This document shows positions 1 to 6,185 of a stretch of 39,609 nucleotides of DNA, in pieces (positions within the stretch are counted from its first letter, which is position 1; each line of letters starts with the position of its first letter). The stretch comes from a virus. The stretch is taken from the IMG/VR virus record IMGVR_UViG_3300008055_000088; one strand, 5' to 3'. Below the pieces are notes generated by a model, which saw only the letters and a list, made by a program, of their open reading frames with translations, was not told the DNA's origin and made no database searches. The position numbers and the translations under genes are program-made.

Positions 1-99
1 CAGCCCATGGAGCCATGAGCGTGGAATCTATCGCAGCGTTAATGAGTGCCACATATTGCTGGATGCCTTGGTAGGTCTAGGCAGTTTAAACGCCTCAAC
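1..99. repeat. Terminal direct overlap, identical to 39511..39609 (circular-closure signature)
   Basis: Base-for-base identity of the first and last 99 nt, read directly. The overlap lies inside an ORF. Confidence 0.95.
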
Positions 100-142
100 T
101 GGCGATTGGCTCAAGAATCGCGCAGAGGGTCTTAATAGATAG
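1..142 (+). CDS. C-terminal end of the Amidoligase_2-like protein (continuation of 38861..39609 across the circular junction)
   Basis: The frame starting at nt 2 is open from the window edge to TAG 140..142. It is in register with the ORF left open at the 3' end of the window. Confidence 0.8.
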   Translation, partial: SPWSHERGIYRSVNECHILLDALVGLGSLNASTGDWLKNRAEGLNR

Positions 143-244
143 CAGGGCAGCCTGCCCCAAGTGGGCTAAGCGAGGGAGCGTTACCCTCGGCAGGCACGAA
201 CGCCACGGAAATACCGTGAGCGTTTAAACGAAAGGACTGGAACC

Positions 245-385
245 ATGATTGAGTTCTATATCTACAGCAAGAACGGTACTTATCTCAGCACAAGCAAAGC
301 CAAAGACTTGGCAGAACTTGCCCAAATCAAAGCAGCGCTAGAAAACAACCAGCAAAAAATCACCATCATAAAGGTAGGTGTTTAA
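245..385 (+). CDS. Hypothetical small protein (46 aa)
   Basis: ATG 245 with AAAGGA 9 nt upstream. The stop TAA lies inside GTTTAAAC (380..387). Too short for the ORF track. Packed tightly between flanking same-strand genes. Confidence 0.45.
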   Translation: MIEFYIYSKNGTYLSTSKAKDLAELAQIKAALENNQQKITIIKVGV

Positions 386-387
386 AC

Positions 388-483
388 ATGGAATACGAAT
401 ACCTCAATGGCACCGCGATGCTATTGGTAGCGCTGCTTTTATGGGCGCTATACAAGGCACGAATCAGTGGCAGAAACGAATAA
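388..483 (+). CDS. Hypothetical small membrane protein (31 aa, one hydrophobic helix)
   Basis: ATG 388 lies 3 nt after the previous stop. Translation is MEYEYLNGTAMLLVALLLWALYKARISGRNE, with AAGGTAGG upstream. Confidence 0.4.
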   Translation: MEYEYLNGTAMLLVALLLWALYKARISGRNE

Positions 484-487
484 AAAG

Positions 488-571
488 ATGACTGAAAATG
501 ATGATTGTTTAAACAACACCGTCATTTGTGGCGACTGCTTGCGACCTTCATGCAAAGGTTGTGAGCAGTAG
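488..571 (+). CDS. Hypothetical Cys-rich micro-protein (27 aa, CxxC...CxxC, C-terminal Glu-Gln)
   Basis: ATG 488 to TAG 569..571. Translation is MTENDDCLNNTVICGDCLRPSCKGCEQ. No clear SD. Confidence 0.3.
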   Translation: MTENDDCLNNTVICGDCLRPSCKGCEQ

Positions 572-623
572 CCGATATGATATACTTGGACAACTAACCA
601 ACTAAAAGACTGGAGAATAGAAT

Positions 624-1508
624 ATGTGTGGAATAGCAGGATATTGCTTAGATGCTAAGCATTACTCACGCATCAGCACTAGCGACCTCGCAGGGCAGAT
701 GTTGTACGACATAGAACACCGTGGCATGGATGCAACGGGCGCTGCATGGATAAACCCACGCAACGGTAGGCGCGTTATCAGCAAGGCAGCAACCAGTGCC
801 AGCAAATTCGTGCCAAAGGCAGGCGCTAATCTTTGCGATGGCGCAACGACTGCCATCTTGCATACGCGCTTTGCAACCCAAGGCTCGCCAACTGTTGCAA
901 GTAACAACCACCCAATCCCACGCGGTAAAATCGTACTCACTCACAACGGACACATCAGCAACGATACCGAATTGTTTAAACAACTAGGTGTGCCCCGTCT
1001 TGGACAAGTAGATAGCGAGGCTGCTGCTGCTCTCATTGCTTTCAGCAAAGACAAGCCATGGGAAATCTTGACCCAACTCTATGGCACCGCAGCCCTTGCA
1101 TGGGTTACCCAACACGACCCGCGCTCACTGCACTTAGCCCGTGTCAATTCATCACCGCTATGGCTAGGGCAATCTAATCATGGCTCCCTGTTCTACGGTT
1201 CTACCAAAGAAACCGTGGAGAACGCTGCAATCATGACCGATTCAGAGATTGATTGGTTCCATGATGCAGCCGAGGGGGAGTACTTCAAGGTACGCGATGG
1301 CGCAATCATTGAGTACCAAACTTTTAAACCGAGCAAGCCTGAGCCTCGCTACTATGGCTACGGTGGAAACTGGTGGAACGAATACGACACGGTAACAACT
1401 ACACCGCGTGCTTATGCAACCGAACTTGATTATCATGGCAAATACAATCAACGCCGAGCAGATAAGTATGCACGCTGGTGGGAGGATAAAGACGAACTGA
1501 ACTTCTAG
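624..1508 (+). CDS. Class-II (Ntn-type) glutamine amidotransferase domain protein, stand-alone
   Basis: N-terminal MCGI (Cys2 nucleophile), plus HTRFATQGS, NNHP, LTHNGHISN and DSE motifs. SD TGGAG 8 nt upstream. A terminator follows. Confidence 0.85.
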   Translation: MCGIAGYCLDAKHYSRISTSDLAGQMLYDIEHRGMDATGAAWINPRNGRRVISKAATSASKFVPKAGANLCDGATTAILHTRFATQGSPTVASNNHPIPRGKIVLTHNGHISNDTELFKQLGVPRLGQVDSEAAAALIAFSKDKPWEILTQLYGTAALAWVTQHDPRSLHLARVNSSPLWLGQSNHGSLFYGSTKETVENAAIMTDSEIDWFHDAAEGEYFKVRDGAIIEYQTFKPSKPEPRYYGYGGNWWNEYDTVTTTPRAYATELDYHGKYNQRRADKYARWWEDKDELNF

Positions 1509-1547
1509 TTCTGTACAGGTACTAGCAACTCTCTACTGTTTAAACAG

Positions 1548-1571
1548 CCCCCGCTTCGGCGGGGGTTTTTT
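1548..1571 (+). terminator. Rho-independent terminator after the amidotransferase gene
   Basis: CCCCCGC-TTCG-GCGGGGG stem-loop followed by T6. It sits 2 nt after a GTTTAAAC (1538..1545). Confidence 0.8.
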
Positions 1572-1572
1572 A

Positions 1573-1728
1573 ATGTATGTACTGAAGTACATAATGCTCA
1601 CCGTGTTTAAACAACACAAGTATTTGCCGCCGCCACCGCCGTACCCACCACCACCGCCGCCAGACCTCCTGGAATTTATTGTTATGTGTTTAAACGACAC
1701 GCCGCCAGACCTTATCTTCAAATATTAA
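1573..1728 (+). CDS. Possible polyproline micro-ORF or leader peptide (51 aa)
   Basis: Translation is MYVLKYIMLTVFKQHKYLPPPPPYPPPPPPDLLEFIVMCLNDTPPDLIFKY. Same strand as its neighbours, no SD, starts right after the terminator T-run, and contains two GTTTAAAC copies. Confidence 0.25.
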   Translation: MYVLKYIMLTVFKQHKYLPPPPPYPPPPPPDLLEFIVMCLNDTPPDLIFKY

Positions 1729-1774
1729 ATTGTTTAAACAACACGAAAATTATTTTTATTTTTTCTGCTTAACA

Positions 1775-1802
1775 TTGTTGACTTTAAGATAACGAGTATG
1801 AG
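1775..1802 (+). promoter_or_regulatory. Candidate promoter for the second early operon (TTGTTG-16 nt-TATGAG), possibly giving a near-leaderless mRNA
   Basis: Hexamers sit at 1775..1780 and 1797..1802. The ATG at 1814 has no SD. Weak match only. Confidence 0.2.
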
Positions 1803-1813
1803 AAACTTATGCC

Positions 1814-2014
1814 ATGACAAAACAAATGACAGAAGCACAAAAGATACAAGCAAAGCGCACGCATTGCCATCAAAAAGCAACGCGCATAGTCAGAGAACTC
1901 TACCGCGAGGACTTTGAACTTATCTACAACCATCTACTCACAGAGGCGGGGTTACTTCTCAATGAGTCAGGGTTTCAAAAATACAAACAACTAATAGCCA
2001 ACAAGAAAGGATAG
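1814..2014 (+). CDS. Hypothetical protein (66 aa), distant paralogue of 2195..2413
   Basis: ORF-track entry. Shares the pattern A-x-R-x(4)-L-x-R-x(6)-Y-x(7)-GL with the ORF at 2195. Confidence 0.6.
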   Translation: MTKQMTEAQKIQAKRTHCHQKATRIVRELYREDFELIYNHLLTEAGLLLNESGFQKYKQLIANKKG

Positions 2015-2018
2015 ACAA

Positions 2019-2195
2019 ATGTATTTAGCGACTGGAGAAATCATCGGCATCATCATTGCACTTACCAGTGCATTAATCGTGCTGGCTTTAGCCATTAAAG
2101 ACAACGCTCGTTTAAACAAATACAACATATACCTACGCAAGCGTAACTTAGAACTCACTAAGAAACTTGAGAACTCAGTAGAAAGACCGTTCTAA
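2019..2195 (+). CDS. Hypothetical membrane protein (58 aa)
   Basis: ATG 2019. Hydrophobic helix EIIGIIIALTSALIVLALAI. TAATG stop-start overlap with the next ORF. Confidence 0.5.
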   Translation: MYLATGEIIGIIIALTSALIVLALAIKDNARLNKYNIYLRKRNLELTKKLENSVERPF

Positions 2196-2413
2196 TGAGT
2201 GAATCACCAAAAAAAATAACACACGCAACTGCTCAAACAAAAGCCATACGCAGATTGGTAGACTTGCACCGCAAGCAATACCAAGAACTATATCGTGATG
2301 AGTGTGCCAAGTTAGGGCTGGACAATAACCCGACCAAGGAACAACGCATCGCAAAACTAAAGGAACAACTACAAAGACTGGAGGAAAAAAATGCCTACCA
2401 AACAAGGCACTAA
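2195..2413 (+). CDS. Hypothetical protein (72 aa)
   Basis: ORF-track entry, translationally coupled (TAATG) to the upstream ORF. Confidence 0.6.
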   Translation: MSESPKKITHATAQTKAIRRLVDLHRKQYQELYRDECAKLGLDNNPTKEQRIAKLKEQLQRLEEKNAYQTRH

Positions 2414-2660
2414 GCAAGGCACTTATGAGGGTTGGAAAAACTACGAAACATGGAACTGTGCGCTATGGATTAACAATGATTATCCACTGTATCTATCAGC
2501 CACAATTTTCATGAAGGCATACCGAGGTGTAAAGCCTTATCGTGATTGGGTAAGAATTGCTGGACTTGAAAACTCGCAGACCAAAGATGGTTGCAAATGG
2601 CTCAGCAGTAAATTATCCTATGCAGAACTTAATCAAATGATGGAAGGTTTAAACTCATGA
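2391..2660 (+). CDS. Hypothetical protein (89 aa; WKNYETWNCALWINND motif)
   Basis: ATG 2391 with GGAGG 7 nt upstream. Trp-rich motif of a type I recall from phage and plasmid proteins, family not verified. Confidence 0.65.
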   Translation: MPTKQGTKQGTYEGWKNYETWNCALWINNDYPLYLSATIFMKAYRGVKPYRDWVRIAGLENSQTKDGCKWLSSKLSYAELNQMMEGLNS

Positions 2661-2773
2661 AGTTAATCATCTGTCCAGTATGCAGTAAAGAGTGGCAACT
2701 GCGAAATGGTATGGCTTATCAAAGTCTAATACGCCACATCAAAGACGAACATAAGGAGAAGGTGAAAGTATGA
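2657..2773 (+). CDS. Small zinc-finger protein (38 aa, CxxC...HxxxxH)
   Basis: ATGA overlaps at both ends (2657..2660 and 2770..2773). Translation is MKLIICPVCSKEWQLRNGMAYQSLIRHIKDEHKEKVKV. Confidence 0.5.
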   Translation: MKLIICPVCSKEWQLRNGMAYQSLIRHIKDEHKEKVKV

Positions 2774-3135
2774 GCGAACACAAGCAAGTCAAAGGTGTAG
2801 TGATACGCCCCGATGGAACACATGAGGAAAGATTGTTTAAACAACTTTCCGATTATCAAACAGCCGTACAAGGAGTTATTGATGCGGTTCGTTTATACGA
2901 TTACAATGGCAGACAAGTGGGATGCGCTTATGTGGATGATGAGGGATTGCTTAAGGGCTCTGCCATGAATCCACTAGGCAGTGCTATTTCGTTTCTCTTT
3001 GGCAACACGCCTCACTTGGTAGGCAACATAGTAATCGTTGGCAAATCAGATGATGAAGGCTACGATACCGACATCCCTGATTACCTACTGACCCTGATAC
3101 AAAACATCAGCGCCAAGGAAGAATTGGTCGCATAA
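2770..3135 (+). CDS. Hypothetical protein (121 aa), DUF3846-like by pattern
   Basis: ORF-track entry. The pattern VIRPDG...LSDYQTAVQG.I..V....DDEGLLKG..NP resembles DUF3846-type proteins; this is recollection only. Confidence 0.6.
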   Translation: MSEHKQVKGVVIRPDGTHEERLFKQLSDYQTAVQGVIDAVRLYDYNGRQVGCAYVDDEGLLKGSAMNPLGSAISFLFGNTPHLVGNIVIVGKSDDEGYDTDIPDYLLTLIQNISAKEELVA

Positions 3136-3569
3136 TGTTTAAACGATTGGTCGCCATCTTCCTCATCGTCACCGCAAGCGTGGCAATAGACGACAGGTTC
3201 TTTGACAAATCACATGTGCCTATCACACCAGCCAGTGATGGAGTGGCAGGCACGGTGATTGCTTTCTATGAGAACGAATACCAACGCTACGCAGTAGACA
3301 TGCTCACACAGATGGGCAAACTGGAGCAATGGTCATGTCTTTACACACTATGGATGCGAGAATCAAACTGGAATCCACGAGCATTAAATCGTGAGAGTGG
3401 AGCATACGGAATTGCCCAGTTCATGCCATCAACATGGAAACTTGTGGGGTTTAAACGCACCGACAATGGCTTCGTTCAAGTGGAGGCAGGACTTGCATAT
3501 ATCCAGCGCAAGTATGGCGGAAATATCTGCAAGGCACTAGGTAGCAACATCTCAAGGGGTTGGTACTAA
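3135..3569 (+). CDS. Secreted lysozyme-like transglycosylase (SLT or aggregation-promoting-factor type domain)
   Basis: N-terminal signal/TM segment MFKRLVAIFLIVTASVAI. Catalytic-type motif WMRESNWNPRALNRESGAYGIAQFMPSTW. Confidence 0.7.
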   Translation: MFKRLVAIFLIVTASVAIDDRFFDKSHVPITPASDGVAGTVIAFYENEYQRYAVDMLTQMGKLEQWSCLYTLWMRESNWNPRALNRESGAYGIAQFMPSTWKLVGFKRTDNGFVQVEAGLAYIQRKYGGNICKALGSNISRGWY

Positions 3570-3754
3570 TGCAAGAATACCAAGAACTATTACAAGGATT
3601 ACAAAAGCATCTCATACTCAGTGGGCTTACCTTCAACGCAGAGATAGCCACTGAACCAATTATTACTAGACCAGTACGCGTTGACATACTGGTTGCCTCA
3701 GTTATGGAGTATCTAAATGCGACAGGTTATTCAAATACGACCAAAATTTCATAA
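3569..3754 (+). CDS. Hypothetical protein (61 aa)
   Basis: ATG 3569 overlaps the TAA of the upstream gene (TAATG). The ORF track offers an alternative start at 3560. Confidence 0.5.
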   Translation: MQEYQELLQGLQKHLILSGLTFNAEIATEPIITRPVRVDILVASVMEYLNATGYSNTTKIS

Positions 3755-4076
3755 GATACGCAACGCAATAGAAACGCGTGGGCGTAGGTACTACACACTT
3801 GTGTACAATCCAAACAACTTTAAAGATGCCAAGTGTGCTGGCGTACCAACGGAAAACTTTTATCCCCTAACGGATAAGTTTACCCCTGAACAGGAGCGCT
3901 ACATACGAGAGCGAATCTGTGGTGGTTGTCCAGTCATTGAGGCATGTGCCGAGTGGGGATTAGCCCACGAACGCTACGGTATATGGGGTGGCATGACCCC
4001 AGTGATGCGTGAAAAAGAACGCAGAAGGAGAGGTTGGGCATTGATTGACCCGCAGTTGAAAGACAGAGGAAATTAA
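3717..4076 (+). CDS. whiB: WhiB-like Fe-S transcription regulator
   Basis: Four Cys in WhiB spacing (C-x28-C-x2-C-x5-C: AKCAG...CGGCPVIEAC) followed by the GIWGG turn and a basic tail. Confidence 0.85.
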   Translation: MRQVIQIRPKFHKIRNAIETRGRRYYTLVYNPNNFKDAKCAGVPTENFYPLTDKFTPEQERYIRERICGGCPVIEACAEWGLAHERYGIWGGMTPVMREKERRRRGWALIDPQLKDRGN

Positions 4077-4091
4077 GTTAAACTAGAACAG

Positions 4092-4137
4092 CAAGCACCG
4101 CTTAGGTACCAGTCCCGAAGGCGGTGCTTGTTTATTT
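4092..4137 (+). terminator. Terminator at the convergence of the early rightward and leftward arms
   Basis: 10-bp stem CAAGCACCGC / GCGGTGCTTG (4092..4101 and 4121..4130), 19-nt loop, then TTTATTT. Confidence 0.55.
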
Positions 4138-4276
4138 ATGAAGCAGATTTATCGCCAGTAATAATACGAATAGCCCAATCAAGTCCAGCGTTTAAACCTT
4201 TACACCACTCATCTTTCTCAGGTATCTTTGCATCTTCAATCTTGCTAACAAACTTATCTATCTGTGGGTCGCTCAT
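4136..4276 (-). CDS. Hypothetical small protein (46 aa)
   Basis: ATG 4276 overlaps the TGA of the kinase gene (ATGA). Translation is MSDPQIDKFVSKIEDAKIPEKDEWCKGLNAGLDWAIRIITGDKSAS. Confidence 0.45.
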   Translation of the reverse strand: MSDPQIDKFVSKIEDAKIPEKDEWCKGLNAGLDWAIRIITGDKSAS

Positions 4277-4809
4277 AGTTTAAACACATTGTGCATTAGC
4301 ATGAATACTTCATCAGATAAATCATCAAGAGTTCCATCGTTATAGAGGACTCGTTTAAACATGTGGTTATCCAAAGCGCGTTCACTGATATGGTCATTGA
4401 CTGCGCCATGGTTGTGTCTGTTTATACGCCACACTTCCCCATCTTGATTCTCAATCATGCGTGCTTCGTTAGGGAAGCGAACATCGGGTATAACAATGCG
4501 CTCACCAGTGGCAACCTGATTCAACAAACGCCACACCCAAACATCTTCATGAATTAACTTGCGACCAACTTCGGTACCCATAACTTGAAGCAAACGGCGC
4601 ACCTCATCTTTAGACTTGGCAACATCCCAACTATACATTTGTACTACCTCGTTTAAACGCATACCATCATGAAGAATAGGGTTCAATGCAAGTAATGCTT
4701 CACGAATACCATCAGCAAACGCTATGCGTTTAAACCCATAGTTAAGTACCAGTAGTTCTGCAACTGTATCCTTACCACTGCGAGCGTATCCGCTCAATCC
4801 GATAATCAT
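4273..4809 (-). CDS. Deoxynucleoside monophosphate kinase-like P-loop kinase
   Basis: N-terminal Walker A segment MIIGLSGYARSGKDT. Size and pattern are typical of phage dNMP kinases. Confidence 0.7.
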   Translation of the reverse strand: MIIGLSGYARSGKDTVAELLVLNYGFKRIAFADGIREALLALNPILHDGMRLNEVVQMYSWDVAKSKDEVRRLLQVMGTEVGRKLIHEDVWVWRLLNQVATGERIVIPDVRFPNEARMIENQDGEVWRINRHNHGAVNDHISERALDNHMFKRVLYNDGTLDDLSDEVFMLMHNVFKL

Positions 4810-4970
4810 TTATCCTCCTTGTATGGACTTTCCTTCTGCTCTTTATGACAATTCATACACCAATAGTAATCAACTGGGTCGTCAAAATTATCGCCCGCTA
4901 GTGTGCCAACCCAAAAGTGAAAGCCAAACAAACACTTCAAACGGTTATACCAATACCAAAGGTAAATCAC
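4806..4970 (-). CDS. Hypothetical small protein (54 aa, GTG start, Trp/Tyr-rich N-terminus)
   Basis: GTGA overlap with the sigma-gene stop and ATGA overlap with the kinase start. Fills an otherwise empty 160-nt gap. Below the ORF-track size cut-off. Confidence 0.4.
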   Translation of the reverse strand: MIYLWYWYNRLKCLFGFHFWVGTLAGDNFDDPVDYYWCMNCHKEQKESPYKEDK

Positions 4971-5656
4971 TCTTGCTCCTCCTGATTTCTAATCATCGCT
5001 CTTGATTCAGCATTGGAGCGAACGCGCCTGCGCCCACGCCACACTGGTGCCTCTCCACCTAATCTGTCTTGCAACTTATTCAGTGCCCGTTTAACACGCT
5101 TACGCATGGCTTCCTCAGTAGTTCCATAAGTTTCACCAAGGGCACCAAACTCCATACCGCCATTGGCATAGCGCATACGAAGTAAGTCTTTGTCTGTCTT
5201 GTTTAAACGGTCCAAGCCTGCAGCAATATCTGACAAAAGTGCAATGCGATTGCCACCTTCGGATGGCTTAGTGCTACGACTTATGTACTCATTGCTCATA
5301 TCAGGAGTATCTGTCCAGCCTTGGTGTGTCCATACATCACGCAATAGTTCATGCAACACCTCATGTGTGTAGTAAAAACTATCATTGATTGGTGCGCGAG
5401 ATAGATGCGAGCGCTCTTTGGCTACATACTTCTGTGCTTCATTATAGAAAGTCTTACGCAGTTTAAACTTTAGACTTTCCTCTGCACTCCATTGTTCTAT
5501 CTTGTGCCAGTGTTCTAATGCCCACAATGAAAGGTGCTGGTATAAATCATCAGCAGTTACAAGTCCACGGTGTATGCGATTAGCACGGGTTGCCACCTGC
5601 CTAGCCACACCATAAATAGTTTCCCAAACTTTGTCTTGGCTATCCATCAATGCCAC
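4967..5656 (-). CDS. Sigma-70 family (ECF-like) RNA polymerase sigma factor
   Basis: C-terminal region-4-like HTH (DKDLLRMRYANGGMEFGALGETYGTTEEAMRKRVKRALNKLQDRL) and a region-2-like N-terminal half. Confidence 0.65.
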   Translation of the reverse strand: MALMDSQDKVWETIYGVARQVATRANRIHRGLVTADDLYQHLSLWALEHWHKIEQWSAEESLKFKLRKTFYNEAQKYVAKERSHLSRAPINDSFYYTHEVLHELLRDVWTHQGWTDTPDMSNEYISRSTKPSEGGNRIALLSDIAAGLDRLNKTDKDLLRMRYANGGMEFGALGETYGTTEEAMRKRVKRALNKLQDRLGGEAPVWRGRRRVRSNAESRAMIRNQEEQE

Positions 5657-6185
5657 CTGTAATTAATTCAATAGGTACGCGCCAGCCATCTATTGAAGCA
5701 TCGGCGTATTCATCTATCATAAAATCATCAGCCTTAAATGAACCAAAGATTTCAACTATGGAATAATACTCCTCATCTAAAATCTTAACGCCGAAGATTG
5801 TTCTGCCTACATCCTTCTTCCAAAAAGGAATTGCGCTTTGAGTCCTTACAGTTCTAACTTCAAACTCACCCACATCAGGTATGTTCTTGCGCCTAGAGTG
5901 CAGTTCATTGGGATACCAAGGCACTGACCATGACAAGTTGTATTCTCTAGCCACTGCCCACTCAGCAACATTGGCTCTGATATTCGCAAGAATCTCAGGC
6001 TCTAACTTTCCAAACTTCTTACCTGCTGCATAGTTAGGTCTATCAATGGAACCAAATTTGGTGAGCCAACGCTCTACTGCCAGTGTGGTACACACCCGCA
6101 CTTCTTCTTGACTCAGTTTAACAATCACTTGTTTAAACACCCACTCGCTTTCGTAGTCCCTCTGCTCCTTCGGTAAGGAACACAT
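5640..6185 (-). CDS. Hypothetical protein (possible nuclease-like IPDVGEFEVR motif); start uncertain
   Basis: The ORF-track entry 5640..6377 is trimmed here. Its first ~65 codons overlap the TOPRIM gene out of frame and look non-protein-like. Candidate starts are ATG 6185 or GTG 6140. Confidence 0.55.
   Translation of the reverse strand: MCSLPKEQRDYESEWVFKQVIVKLSQEEVRVCTTLAVERWLTKFGSIDRPNYAAGKKFGKLEPEILANIRANVAEWAVAREYNLSWSVPWYPNELHSRRKNIPDVGEFEVRTVRTQSAIPFWKKDVGRTIFGVKILDEEYYSIVEIFGSFKADDFMIDEYADASIDGWRVPIELITGGIDG

Larger units (their letters stand above)
1538..1739. repeat. Cluster of four GTTTAAAC copies (1538, 1605, 1688, 1732) in the inter-operon spacer
   Basis: Read directly. Two of them carry the extended context GTTTAAACAACAC. 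Confidence 0.9.

Noticed and set aside
1533-1721. Minus-strand 62-aa Gly-rich ORF from the track
   Set aside because: It is antisense to the polyproline reading frame, on the opposite strand to all neighbouring genes, and it spans the + strand terminator. It is most likely a shadow of the C-rich tract.
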